Origin: Vulgatibacter sp.
GTDB taxonomy: Bacteria; Myxococcota; Myxococcia; Myxococcales; Vulgatibacteraceae
DNA length: 64,000 bases
Assembly (NCBI GenBank): GCA_035565615.1
Contig: DATMSB010000114.1
Span: 989-64,988, forward strand
Direction: 5' to 3'
Of this stretch, positions 44,581 through 56,512 are shown one piece after another. The notes beneath the pieces were generated by a model. It saw only the letters and a list, made by a program, of their open reading frames with translations. It ran no database searches and was not told the origin of the DNA. The translations under genes and the position numbers were made by a program. Each line of letters starts with the position of its first letter. Position 1 is the first letter of the stretch.

Positions 44581-45968
44581 GCGATAGCAAAGTGCGCGTC
44601 CTCCTCCTCGCAGAAAGCGCCAATCCGGAATATTCGAGCGTCGCACTCGTCGGCTGGAGCCTCGCTCAGGCGATTGGCGGATCCGCGGATGCCCACCTCG
44701 TCACCAACGTCCACAACGTCGATGGAATCGAGAGGGCGGGCTGGCGCGAGGGCCGCGAGTTCACCGCGGTGGACCCAAGTCGCGTCCAGCGCCCGATCTA
44801 CCGGGTGGAGGAAGCGATCCGCAAGGCGACGGGGCTGGGCTGGACCTTCAAGACGGCGCTTTCGACGATCCCGTACGCCTACTTCGAACATCTCGTTTGG
44901 CGCAGGTTCGGTGAAGCGATTCGGCGGCGCGAGTTCGACCTGGTGCATCGGCTCACGCCAGTGAGCCCGGCCGTCCCGAGCCCGATCGCGCTGCACTGCA
45001 GGGCGGTAGGAGTGCCGTTCGTCCTGGGCCCGATCAACGGCGGCGTTCCGTGGCCGAAGGAGTTTCGCGGGGCCCAGCGGAGCGAGGGCGAATGGCTCTC
45101 GTATCTCAGGGGGCTGCTGGGGCTGATGCCTGGTTTTCACTCCACGAGGCGAGCGTCGTCGGCCATCCTCGCCGGATCGCGGCAAACCTGGAGTGAGCTG
45201 GAGCGGTACCGCGCAAAGAGCATCTACCTCCCCGAGAACGCCGTCGACCCAATCCGTGTCTCGGCGGTGCGCGGCTCGCGCGGCAGCTCACCGTTGCGCG
45301 TCGCCTATGTGGGACGTCTCGTGGCGCTCAAGGGCGTGGACATGTTGATCGAGGCGGGTGCCCCGCTGATCCGCTCGGGACGGATGACGCTCGACATCAT
45401 CGGCGACGGACCCGAGATGCCGAATCTGCGCCGGCAGATCGCACAGGAAGGGATCGAGGCCGGGGTCACGATGTCGGGATGGATTCACGATCAGCGCGAG
45501 ATCGCGCCCCGGCTGGCTCGTGCCGACGTGTTCGGATTCCCGAGCATCCGAGAATTCGGTGGTGGGGCCGTGCTCGAGGCCATGGCGATTGGGCTCGCGC
45601 CCGTCGTCGTGGATTACGCGGGCCCCAGCGAGTTGGTCACGGATGCAACCGGATTTCGAGTTCCGATCGGCCCACGAGACTCGATCGTGGCCGGGTTTCG
45701 ACGAATCCTCGAGCGGCTGATCGACCAGCCCGAGCTGGCGAGAGCGGTGGGCGAGAAGGCGCGGGCGCGGGTGTACCGGTACTTCACGTGGGACGTGAAG
45801 GTCCGGCAGATCGTCGAAGTGTACCGTTGGGTGTTGGGGCGAGGCGATCGCCCCGACTTCGGGATGCCGTTCCCGGACGTGGACGAGCCCGAAGGGGAAG
45901 TGGCGTCGGGCCAGGGCGGGCAGGTGCCCGCGCCGACCAAGGAAGGCCGTTCGCGCGAAGCCTCCTAG
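44577..45968 (+). CDS. GT4-family glycosyltransferase
   Basis: YVGRLVALKG, FPSIREFGGGAVLEAMAIG. TTG start overlaps the GT2 stop. Confidence 0.9.
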   Translation: MSDSKVRVLLLAESANPEYSSVALVGWSLAQAIGGSADAHLVTNVHNVDGIERAGWREGREFTAVDPSRVQRPIYRVEEAIRKATGLGWTFKTALSTIPYAYFEHLVWRRFGEAIRRREFDLVHRLTPVSPAVPSPIALHCRAVGVPFVLGPINGGVPWPKEFRGAQRSEGEWLSYLRGLLGLMPGFHSTRRASSAILAGSRQTWSELERYRAKSIYLPENAVDPIRVSAVRGSRGSSPLRVAYVGRLVALKGVDMLIEAGAPLIRSGRMTLDIIGDGPEMPNLRRQIAQEGIEAGVTMSGWIHDQREIAPRLARADVFGFPSIREFGGGAVLEAMAIGLAPVVVDYAGPSELVTDATGFRVPIGPRDSIVAGFRRILERLIDQPELARAVGEKARARVYRYFTWDVKVRQIVEVYRWVLGRGDRPDFGMPFPDVDEPEGEVASGQGGQVPAPTKEGRSREAS

Positions 45969-47230
45969 CCCGACGCGGTCATGGCCTCGGAGGTCGTCTG
46001 TCGAACCGATCCTCGAAGCTCCCGCAGGAACCCTTCCATCCGCTCGGCGATCGCGGCCCAGGAGTATGTGGTTTCCACGACCTTCCGACCCGCGTCGCCC
46101 AGCCGGTGTGCGAGAGCGGGATCTTCGAGCAATCGAAGGGCCGCCGAGGAAAACGCCTCCGGGTCGTCGGCGATGAGGATGTGCCGTTCGGCTTCGAGGG
46201 CGATTCCCTCCGCTCCGAGCGCGGTCGAGACGATCGCCTTTCCCATCGCGAGCGACTCCAGGATCTTCAACCTCGTACCGCCACCGATTCGCAGCGGTAC
46301 GATGATCGCCGTGGCCTCCGCGAGGTGCCGCTGCAGGTCGTCGACCAGGCCCGCGATCTCCACGTCGGGGCCGTGTTGTGCCAGGACGTCCGGCGGGGGG
46401 TGAGAGCCGATGATCTTCAGTCGAACGTCCGGACTCCGCTTCGCAATCCGGGGCCAGATGTCGCCCAGCAGCCAACGGACGGCGTCGAGGTTCGGAAAAT
46501 AATTCATGGTTCCGAAAAACAGGAGCGTCGGCCTTGCGTCCGGTGCAGCGTTCCGAGGTCGGAACTGCTCGGTGTCGACGCCGTTTGGAACGACCGCCGA
46601 TCGGATCTCGGGGTAGAACGCGCGCGCCCGGGCCTCGTCGTCGGGGGAGGTGAACGCGACTCCGTCCACCATGCGCCACGCACGAAGCTCTTCCCGCCGA
46701 AGTTTTCGCCAATTGAGTGCGTGATAAACCCGGCGCGAGAGGCCGGTCGACATTTCACCGTATTGCCTCGCGAGATCGAACTCGACGTTGTGTGCATCCA
46801 CGATCACGTGAGGGGGCGGGTGCCCTGGAGGAGCGGATCGAAATCGGCTGAAGGCCATGAAGGGGGTTTCGACGCTCACCACGTCGAACGGACGAGCACG
46901 GAGAATCCGATCGAGCTCGCGCTGAAGCCCCGGCTGGTTCATGTACCGGCGTTCGTAGCTCTTCGTCGATCCCAGGGAGCGGAGTTGGGAGATCCTCTTC
47001 GATCGCCCGGCTGCCTCTCGACAGGGTACGAGGACGACCTCGTCGCAGTATTCCCGCATGGCCCGATAGGCGACGTCCCGGTCGAAATCCGGGGGACAAA
47101 GGCCCACGAACGACACTCTGTTTCGGGAGGCGAGCGACCGCATCAGGCCCTCGAGACGACGTTGGGCGCCGAAGGTCGCCGGGCTAGCGGGGAACGACGA
47201 GACGAACAGCAGTTTCAGAGCCGAGGGCAT
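45965..47230 (-). CDS. GT4-family glycosyltransferase (polysaccharide-locus type)
   Basis: VPNGVD, FFGTMNYFPNLDA, VPLRIGGGTRLKILESLAMG. Confidence 0.9.
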   Translation of the reverse strand: MPSALKLLFVSSFPASPATFGAQRRLEGLMRSLASRNRVSFVGLCPPDFDRDVAYRAMREYCDEVVLVPCREAAGRSKRISQLRSLGSTKSYERRYMNQPGLQRELDRILRARPFDVVSVETPFMAFSRFRSAPPGHPPPHVIVDAHNVEFDLARQYGEMSTGLSRRVYHALNWRKLRREELRAWRMVDGVAFTSPDDEARARAFYPEIRSAVVPNGVDTEQFRPRNAAPDARPTLLFFGTMNYFPNLDAVRWLLGDIWPRIAKRSPDVRLKIIGSHPPPDVLAQHGPDVEIAGLVDDLQRHLAEATAIIVPLRIGGGTRLKILESLAMGKAIVSTALGAEGIALEAERHILIADDPEAFSSAALRLLEDPALAHRLGDAGRKVVETTYSWAAIAERMEGFLRELRGSVRQTTSEAMTASG

Positions 47231-47401
47231 GACGAATCGTATCCTACGGCGAGCAGGGAAGGAACCTGAGAACGCATGCCCGGCCTGAGAGCGAGCGGGC
47301 GAGCCGGTTACCCGCGTCCACCCGCTCGTCGGGGATGCGGGCCGTCGGCTTTCGTGCTTTCATCGGCGCCTTTTTCCCAGCGCACGAAAGTGAGCCGGAC
47401 C

Positions 47402-49291
47402 ATGACCGCACCCTCGATCCGCCCCGAGCCGACCCCGCCCGCCTCCGCTGCGGGCGCCGCGGTGGCGCTACCCGAAGATCCCGAGCTCCGCTGGCTCGCG
47501 ACCACCTACCGCCACGGCGAGCGCCAGCTCACCGTCCGGGCCGTGATCTCCGGCATGCTCCTCGGCGGGATCATGTGCCTGTCGAACCTCTACGTGGTGC
47601 TGAAGACGGGCTGGAGCCTCGGTGTCACCCTGACCGCGTGCATCCTCGCCTTCGCGATCTTCCGGGGCCTGAAGGCGACGCGGATGGTGAAGGAGGACTT
47701 CACCATCCTCGAAAACAACGCCATGGGCTCGGTGGCGTCGGCGGCCGGGTTCATGACCGGCGGCGGCAACATGGCCGCCCTGCCCGCGCTCCTCATGCTC
47801 ACGACGGTGCGCCCCGACGGGCTCTCGCTCTTCCTCTGGTTCGTGGTGATCGCCGGCCTGGGCGTGTTCGCCGCGATCCCGGTGAAGCGCCAGCTCATCA
47901 ACCGGGAGCAGCTCGCGTTCCCCACCGGCACCGCCACCGCGGAGACACTGAAGTCGCTGCACGAGGCGTCCCACGCCAAGGAGGGCGGGGGAGGCGACAA
48001 GGCGAAGCTCTTGGGCATGGCGGCCGGCATCGGCGCGCTGCTCGCGTGGTTCCGCGACGCCCGCGGCGCCTTCATGCCGTTCAACCTGCCGGACTCCATC
48101 GCCTTGCCGTTCCAGATCGCCGGTCGGGCCGCGAAGGACTGGACGCTGACGCTGAAGAGCGAGCTGGTGCTCTTCGGCGCCGGCGCGCTGATGAGCTTTC
48201 GCACCGGCTGGTCCCTGCTCCTGGGGGCGATCCTCACCTACGTCTTCCTCGCCCCGTCGCTCCTGGCGAGCGGCCAGATCGCGGAGCCCTCGTACAAGGC
48301 GATCGTCGCCTGGACCCTGTGGCCGGGCGCCGCGGTGCTGGTGGCCTCGGGGCTGACCAGCTTCGCCCTCGACTGGAGGAGCATCTCCCGCTCGTTCGCC
48401 GGCCTGTCGGGGATGTTCCGCAAGAAGAAGGAGGTGGCGGCCGACGATCCCCTTGCCGCGGTGGAGGTCCCGGACACCTGGTTCCCGATGGGCTTCGCCA
48501 TCCTGGGGCCGATCGTCGTCTTCCTGATGTGGAAGCTCTTCGACATCCCCTTCTGGGCGGGCGCGATCGCGGTGCCGCTGGCGGTGGTGATGGGCTTCGT
48601 CGCCTCCCGGGTCACCGGCGAGACCGACGTGACGCCGACGAAGGCGCTGGGGCCGGTGACCCAGCTCGTGTACGGCGTGATCACCCCCGGGAACCTCCCC
48701 GGCAACCTGATGAGCGCCAACGTCACCGGCGGCATCGGCCTCCACGCGGCGGACCTCCTCACCGATCTGAAGAGCGGCTACCTCCTCGGCGCGAACCCTC
48801 GCCAGCAGTTCATCGGCCAACTCTTCGGCGTGCTGGCCGGCGCGGCGGTGGTGGTGCCGGCGTTCTGGCTGCTGATACCCGACCCCGCGGTGCTCGGCAG
48901 CGAGGAGTGGCCCGCGCCCTCCGCCCTCGTGTGGGCGGGGGTCTCGCAGGCCTTCTCGGAGGGCATCGGGGCGCTCCCCCCGTCGGCGCGGCAGGCGACG
49001 CTCGTCGGCGGACTCTTGGGCGTGGCCCTCGCGCTGGGGGAGAAGCTCGCGCCCCGCCGGCTGAAGGCGTGGGTTCCCTCGGCGTCGGGCCTCGGGATCG
49101 CCCTGGTGATCCCGGGCAGCAACGCGATCTCGATGTTCCTCGGCTCCCTCGTGGCGGAGGGCGTGCGCCGCTTCCGGCCCAGGCTCGCCGAGCGGGCGAT
49201 CGTCCCGGTGAGCTCCGGCTTCATCGCCGGCGAGAGCCTCATGGGGATCGCCATCGCCCTCCTGGTCGTGATGGGCGTGCTCTCCCGCTGA
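47402..49291 (+). CDS. OPT-family oligopeptide transporter
   Basis: QLTVRAV, NLYVVLKTG, ENN, FPTGTATA, GETDVTP, DLKSGYLLGA, GFIAGESLMG. Confidence 0.92.
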   Translation: MTAPSIRPEPTPPASAAGAAVALPEDPELRWLATTYRHGERQLTVRAVISGMLLGGIMCLSNLYVVLKTGWSLGVTLTACILAFAIFRGLKATRMVKEDFTILENNAMGSVASAAGFMTGGGNMAALPALLMLTTVRPDGLSLFLWFVVIAGLGVFAAIPVKRQLINREQLAFPTGTATAETLKSLHEASHAKEGGGGDKAKLLGMAAGIGALLAWFRDARGAFMPFNLPDSIALPFQIAGRAAKDWTLTLKSELVLFGAGALMSFRTGWSLLLGAILTYVFLAPSLLASGQIAEPSYKAIVAWTLWPGAAVLVASGLTSFALDWRSISRSFAGLSGMFRKKKEVAADDPLAAVEVPDTWFPMGFAILGPIVVFLMWKLFDIPFWAGAIAVPLAVVMGFVASRVTGETDVTPTKALGPVTQLVYGVITPGNLPGNLMSANVTGGIGLHAADLLTDLKSGYLLGANPRQQFIGQLFGVLAGAAVVVPAFWLLIPDPAVLGSEEWPAPSALVWAGVSQAFSEGIGALPPSARQATLVGGLLGVALALGEKLAPRRLKAWVPSASGLGIALVIPGSNAISMFLGSLVAEGVRRFRPRLAERAIVPVSSGFIAGESLMGIAIALLVVMGVLSR

Positions 49292-49348
49292 CGGCCCCGC
49301 GCCGTCGGCGGGACCGTCGGATGGTGCGCAGGCCACCCGGCCGCCACC

Positions 49349-49369
49349 GTCGCAGGGCGCGCCTGCGAC
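49349..49369. terminator. hairpin between convergent genes
   Basis: GTCGCAGG-gcgcg-CCTGCGAC, an 8-bp perfect stem flanked by CCGGCCG/CGGCCGG. Confidence 0.4.
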
Positions 49370-49384
49370 CCGGCCGGGAGGCCG

Positions 49385-49675
49385 TCAGACGGTGCGCCTG
49401 CGACCCAGGTGGTGGCCGGCGCCCATGCGCTTGGTGAGGAACTCCCAGGCGAAGAGGACGAGCACCGACCCTGCCACCGCCAGCAGCAGGCTCCAGAGCG
49501 TGAAGCCGGTGAGGCCCTCACCCGAGATGGCGCCGCCGATGAGGCCGCCCACGATCCCGCCGACCACGCCGAGTAGCAGGGTGGAGACGATGCCGCCCCC
49601 CTGCTTGCCCGGGACGATCGCCTTGGCGATCGCGCCGGCGAGTAGTCCGATGATGATCCATGCGATGATTCCCAC
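49385..49675 (-). CDS. GlsB/YeaQ/YmgE-family (transglycosylase-associated) stress membrane protein
   Basis: GIIAWIIIGLLAGAIAKAIVPG...LGVVGGIVGG...AVAGSVLVL. Confidence 0.9.
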   Translation of the reverse strand: MGIIAWIIIGLLAGAIAKAIVPGKQGGGIVSTLLLGVVGGIVGGLIGGAISGEGLTGFTLWSLLLAVAGSVLVLFAWEFLTKRMGAGHHLGRRRTV

Positions 49676-49712
49676 TTCCTAACCCCCCTCGTGGTCCGCC
49701 CCATGAAGTTGA

Positions 49713-51605
<1,893 letters not shown>

Positions 51606-51608
51606 ATC

Positions 51609-52433
51609 ATGGTGCGCTGCAGGATTCGGGACGACGTCGTCCTCGGGGACGGCCGGAAGCTCGTGCTGGTGGTCGGCCCCGACGTGGTGGAGACCGAGGA
51701 GCAGGTGATGCGGACGGCGCGCGAGGTGAAGCGCGTCGCCGAGAAGTACGACCTGCCCGCGGTCTTCAAGTGCTCCTTCGACAAGGCCAACCGCACCTCG
51801 CTGTCGTCGTACCGCGGCCCCGGCCTCGAGAAGGCGCTGCCCCTCTTCGAGAAGGTGAAGGCGGAGACGGGCCTGCCGGTGGTCACCGACGTCCACGAGG
51901 CCTGGCAGGCGGCGGAGGCGGCGAAGGTGGTGGACCTCCTGCAGGTGCCCGCCTTCCTCTGCCGCCAGACGGATCTGCTCGTCGCCTGCGCCCGGACGGG
52001 CAAGCCGGTACAGGTGAAGAAGGGGCAGATGGTCGCTCCGAAGGACATGCGCCACGCGGTGGGCAAGCTGCGCGAGAGCGGCTGCGAGGACGTCTTCCTC
52101 ACCGAGCGCGGCGCGACCTTCGGCTACAACAACCTCGTAGTCGACATGCGGGGCCTCGCCCTGATGCGGGACATCGGGGTCCCGGTGTGCATGGACGCCA
52201 CACACGCCGTGCAGCTCCCCTCGGCGGCGGGAGGCAGTTCCGGCGGCGAGCGCCGCTTCGTGGCGGGCCTCGCCCGGGCGGCGGCGGCCTTCGGGATCGA
52301 CGCCCTCTTCCTGGAGGTGCACCCCGATCCGGACAACGCCCTCTGCGACGGGCCCAACTCCCTGGACTTCGCCGGCTTCGACGAGGTGGTGGGCCAGGTG
52401 GTGGCGATCCGCCGCGCCCTCGGGCAGCCGTAG
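51609..52433 (+). CDS. kdsA: 3-deoxy-8-phosphooctulonate (KDO8P) synthase
   Basis: FDKANRTS, QVPAFLCRQTDL, VKKGQ, ERGATFGYNNLVVD, DATHAVQ, EVHPDPD..LCDG. Confidence 0.96.
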   Translation: MVRCRIRDDVVLGDGRKLVLVVGPDVVETEEQVMRTAREVKRVAEKYDLPAVFKCSFDKANRTSLSSYRGPGLEKALPLFEKVKAETGLPVVTDVHEAWQAAEAAKVVDLLQVPAFLCRQTDLLVACARTGKPVQVKKGQMVAPKDMRHAVGKLRESGCEDVFLTERGATFGYNNLVVDMRGLALMRDIGVPVCMDATHAVQLPSAAGGSSGGERRFVAGLARAAAAFGIDALFLEVHPDPDNALCDGPNSLDFAGFDEVVGQVVAIRRALGQP

Positions 52434-52502
52434 CGCCCCGCGGGCGCGCCCGCCTCGGGCCCACGCCTCCCGGGCAGCGCGGGCCCCGCCCCCCTCGCGG
52501 GC

Positions 52503-53493
52503 CTACGCCGCGAGCCGCGCCGACGGATCCTCCGCGAGGCGATCGCCGTCGCGCGGAGGCTCGATCCACGCCAGGCCGGCCGACGCCGAGGAGGAGCGGG
52601 TAGAGGGGCAGGAGCAGCCGGACCTCGTGCCAGACGCCGAAGACGCCGATGGCCCCCAGGTAGGGGATGCCCAGGAGCGACGCCCGGCGGAGGAAGGCCG
52701 GCGCCCGCCCGGCACCGCGGAAGGCGAAGAGCCACCATCCTCCCAGCAGCACCGCCCACAGGCCGATCGCCTTCGAGAAGGTCTTCGCGCTCCCCGAGAG
52801 GATCTCGCCGAGCGGCTGAAAGTGGGCGGCCCATCCCAGGCCGAGCCGCAGGCCCACGAGGATGGCGGCGCTCCCCGCCAGGGTGGTCGCGCCGAGCGCG
52901 AGGAGGCGCCTGCGCTCCGACGTCGAGGCCGCGCCTTTGGGCAGGGCGTCGAGGAAGGGGAGGAGGCCCAGGAGCACGCCGGTCTCCCGATTCAGCGACG
53001 CGGCCGCGACCACGGCCGCGAACCACGCGAGCCGGCGATCGTGGAGGAGCCGGAGTGCGACGGCGACCAGCGCCGCCTCGGGCTGGGGTCCAGGGCTGGT
53101 ACCAGTGATCCCGGAAGGTGAGACCGCGAGGGCCGCCGCACCGAAGAGGGTGGCGACGAGCGACGCCTCCAGCGAGTACCAGCGGCGCAGGAGCGAGAGC
53201 AGCGCGGCGAGGAAGCCGACGAAGCCCGCGATCTCGAGGATCGCGTGGGAGGCGTCGAAGGCGGAGCGGGCGGTGGAGAAGGGCGCGAGGATCGCCTGCA
53301 GGCCCGCGGAGAGCGCCGGCACCAGGATCCGGTAGCGGTAGGGCGAGGGGACGTCGCCGCGGAGGGGGGCGTCCTGGAACTCCATCTGCGCCGCGGTGTT
53401 CGGCGCGTCGATCACCGTGTGATAGGTCTGGGCGACCGCGAGCCCCGCGGACACGACGAGGATCCAGGCGTGGCGAGGCGCGATCCGAGCCAT
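52503..53493 (-). pseudogene. multi-TM membrane protein (GT-C-like?) with apparent frameshifts
   Basis: Starts MARIAPRHAW; contains PYRYRIL and NRETG. Near 53085-53125 another frame reads TFRDHWYQPW, and near 52585 the protein-like tail AGLAWIEPP...ARLAA* continues in another frame to stop 52503, while the main frame runs into antisense kdsA. Confidence 0.6.
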
Positions 53494-53524
53494 CGCGAAC
53501 CTCTGCCGGCGCCCCGATCCGGGT

Positions 53525-54625
53525 TCAACCGGGTCGGCGCAGCTCGCGGAAGACCGCGGCGATGCGCTCGCCGGCCTTGCCGTCCCAGAGCGGCGGGATC
53601 CGGCCCTGCTTGCCGCCGCCCCCGAGCACCTCGTGGGCGGCGGCGAGGATCCGCTTGGGATCCACCCCCACCACGGTGTTGGTGCCCTCGGTGACGGTGA
53701 CCGGCCGCTCCGTGTTCTCGCGGAGGGTGAGGCAGGGGACGCCGAGGGCCGTCGTCTCCTCCTGCAGGCCGCCGGAGTCGGTGAGGACCAGGAGCGCCTG
53801 CGAGGTGAGGCCGAGGAACTCGAGGTAGCCGAGGGGCTCGCAGACGTGGAGCGCCTGCATGTCGGCGACCCGATCGGCGAAGCCCAGCGAGTCGATGCGG
53901 GCGCGGGTGCGGGGGTGCACCGGGAAGACCACGGGGATCTTGCGCTGGATTTCCCGGACGGCGCCGAGCAGCCCGTCCAGCACCTCGGGATCGTCCACGT
54001 TGGAGGGGCGGTGCAGGGTGAGCACGGCGTAGCCGCCCGGGGAGAGGCCGAGGTTCTGGGGCGCGCCGGTGGCCTTGGCCCTGGGCAGGTGGGCGAGCAG
54101 CGAGTCGATCATCACGTTGCCCACGAAGCGGATCCGCTCGGGGGGCGTCCCCTCCCGCAGGAGGTTTTCGTCGCCGTCCCGCGACGGCGTCAGCAGCGGA
54201 TCGCAGATGCGGTCGGTGAGAACGCGGTTCACCTCCTCCGGCATGCGCATGTCGCCGGAGCGCAGGCCCGCCTCCACGTGGGCGCAGCGGATCCCCAGCT
54301 TGGCGGCCACCAGCGCGGCGGCGATGGTGGAGTTGACGTCGCCCGCGACCACGACCAGATCCGGCTCCTCTTCGAGGCAGATCTTCTCGAAGCCGATCAT
54401 CACCTTGGCGGTCTGCTCGGCGTGGGAGCCCGAGCCCACCCCAAGGAAGATGTCGGGGCGGGGCATGCCCAGATCGGTGAAGAACACGTCCGACATCGAG
54501 GCGTCGTAGTGCTGCCCCGTATGGACGAGCCGATGCTCGGCGAAGCCCGCCCGATCCACCGCCTGGAGGATCGGGGCGATCTTCATGAAGTTGGGCCTGG
54601 CGCCGACCACGTGCACGATCTTCAT
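53525..54625 (-). CDS. wecB: UDP-N-acetylglucosamine 2-epimerase (non-hydrolysing)
   Basis: [49 protein letters not shown]. Confidence 0.95.
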   Translation of the reverse strand: MKIVHVVGARPNFMKIAPILQAVDRAGFAEHRLVHTGQHYDASMSDVFFTDLGMPRPDIFLGVGSGSHAEQTAKVMIGFEKICLEEEPDLVVVAGDVNSTIAAALVAAKLGIRCAHVEAGLRSGDMRMPEEVNRVLTDRICDPLLTPSRDGDENLLREGTPPERIRFVGNVMIDSLLAHLPRAKATGAPQNLGLSPGGYAVLTLHRPSNVDDPEVLDGLLGAVREIQRKIPVVFPVHPRTRARIDSLGFADRVADMQALHVCEPLGYLEFLGLTSQALLVLTDSGGLQEETTALGVPCLTLRENTERPVTVTEGTNTVVGVDPKRILAAAHEVLGGGGKQGRIPPLWDGKAGERIAAVFRELRRPG

Positions 54626-54678
54626 GCAGGCAACCTACCGATGGAGTGGCGGACCGGCAACGTGCTAAGTCGGCTGAC

Positions 54679-55398
54679 ATGCGCACTGCCGTCGTGATCC
54701 CCGCACGCTTCGCCAGCGAGAGGCTCCCGGGGAAGCCCCTCGCCGATCTCCACGGGAAGCCGATGATCGTGCGGGTGCTGGAGCGGGCCCGCGCCGCACG
54801 CGGGGTGGACGCGGTGGTGGTGGCCACCGACGACGAGCGCATCGCCGCGGCGGTGCGCGAGGCGGGCGGCCAGGTGGTGATGACCCCTCCGGACTGCCCC
54901 TCCGGCTCCGATCGCTGCGCCCACGCGGCGAGGCAGCTCGGGGACCTCGACCTGGTGGTGAACGTGCAAGGAGACGAGCCGCTCCTGGATCCCGCCGCGA
55001 TCGAGGAGCTCGTCGGCGCCTTTTCGGATCCCGCGGTGGAGATGGCGACGCTGGCGCGCCCGCTCGAGGCGGGGGAGGCGGAGAACCCCAACGTGGTGAA
55101 GGTGGTGCGCGACCTGCGGGGGGACGCCCTCTACTTCTCCCGGGCGGCGATCCCCTACCGCCGCGGCGACGATGCCGCCGCCAGGGCCCACGTGGGGATT
55201 TACGCCTTCCGGGCCGCCTTCCTGCAGGCCTTTACCCGGCTCGCGCCCACGCCGCTCGAGCGCACCGAGCGCCTCGAGCAGCTCAGGGCGCTGGAGCACG
55301 GGCACGCCATCCGCGTGCTCGACACGGCCTACCACTCGCTGGGCGTGGACACGCCCGAGGATCTCGAGCGGGTGAGGGCGCTCCTCGCCGCCGGCTGA
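54679..55398 (+). CDS. kdsB: CMP-KDO synthetase
   Basis: [53 protein letters not shown]. Confidence 0.96.
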   Translation: MRTAVVIPARFASERLPGKPLADLHGKPMIVRVLERARAARGVDAVVVATDDERIAAAVREAGGQVVMTPPDCPSGSDRCAHAARQLGDLDLVVNVQGDEPLLDPAAIEELVGAFSDPAVEMATLARPLEAGEAENPNVVKVVRDLRGDALYFSRAAIPYRRGDDAAARAHVGIYAFRAAFLQAFTRLAPTPLERTERLEQLRALEHGHAIRVLDTAYHSLGVDTPEDLERVRALLAAG

Positions 55399-55446
55399 TC
55401 GCCGGGGCCGGCGAAGCGATCGTTCAGAGGCGACGACCCGCTGGCC

Positions 55447-56388
55447 TCACGCCTCTCGCAGCCACTCCGCGAAGCGGCGCAGGCCCTCCGGGAACGGCGT
55501 GCGCGGCAGCTCGCCCAGGAGCGAGGTGGCCCGCGCCATGCTCGCCCAGGTCTGCGGCACGTCGCCGGGCTGGTCGGGGTGCCGCTCGATGCGGGCCTTC
55601 ACGCCGAGGGTCTCCTCGAGCAGCGCCACCAGCTCGGAGAGGGTGATGGTGCGGTCGTTGCCGAGGTTGATCACCTCGTACGCGCTGCGGTCGTAGCGGA
55701 TGGACCGCACGATCCCCTCGACGATGTCGTCGACGAAGCTGTAGTCGCGGCGGCTGGAGCCGTCGCCGTACACGGGGATCGGCCGCCCCTCCCGCATCAG
55801 CCGCGCGAACTTGTGGATGGCGAGGTCGGGGCGCTGCCGGGGCCCGTACACGGTGAAGAAGCGCAGGGCCACGAAGCGGATCCCGTGGAGGTGGCTGTAG
55901 ACGTGGCCGAGGAGCTCGCCGCTCACCTTGGTGCTGGCGTAGGGGCTGATCGGGAGGAGCACGTGATCGTCCTCCCGCCAGGGGACGTCCGGGTTGATGC
56001 CGTAGACGCTGCTGGACGAGGCGAAGACGAACTGGCGCACGCCCCGCTCGCGGGCGAGCTCGAGGACGTTCTGGGAGCCGCGGACGTTGACCTCCTGGTA
56101 GCCGACGGGATCGGCGATGGAGGGGCGCACGCCCGCGCGGGCGGCGAGGTGGACGATGACGTCGACGCCACCGGGCAGGCGGCGGAGCGCCTCCATGTCG
56201 CGGATGTCCGCCTCCACCAGTGCGTATCGATCGTGGCCGAGGTGCGGCGCGACGTTCCGCCGCTTGATGGCCGGGTCGTAGAACGGGTCGAAGTCGTCGA
56301 CCGCCGTGACCCGCTCGCCGTCTGCGAGGAGCCTGTCGACGAGGTGGCTGCCGATGAAGCCGGCGCCGCCGGTCACGAGCACGTGCAT
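55447..56388 (-). CDS. NAD-dependent nucleotide-sugar epimerase (UDP-glucuronate 4-epimerase-like SDR)
   Basis: TGGAGFIGSH, HLAARAGVRPS, SSSSVYG, YASTK, RFFTVYGPRQRPDLA. Confidence 0.92.
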   Translation of the reverse strand: MHVLVTGGAGFIGSHLVDRLLADGERVTAVDDFDPFYDPAIKRRNVAPHLGHDRYALVEADIRDMEALRRLPGGVDVIVHLAARAGVRPSIADPVGYQEVNVRGSQNVLELARERGVRQFVFASSSSVYGINPDVPWREDDHVLLPISPYASTKVSGELLGHVYSHLHGIRFVALRFFTVYGPRQRPDLAIHKFARLMREGRPIPVYGDGSSRRDYSFVDDIVEGIVRSIRYDRSAYEVINLGNDRTITLSELVALLEETLGVKARIERHPDQPGDVPQTWASMARATSLLGELPRTPFPEGLRRFAEWLREA

Positions 56389-56458
56389 CGCGTCTCTTCC
56401 TTCTCGGTGGGCATCTCCGGGGGATGCTTCGTGGGGCCCGGTGCCATGCCTATGCGAA

Positions 56459-56487
56459 TTGACAGGTCTTCACCACTCTCGGATAAC
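56459..56487 (+). promoter_or_regulatory. candidate sigma70 promoter for ugd
   Basis: TTGACA-N17-GATAAC, 25 nt upstream of ATG 56513. Confidence 0.5.
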
Positions 56488-56512
56488 CGCCCAGGCCGAA
56501 AGGAACCTTCGC

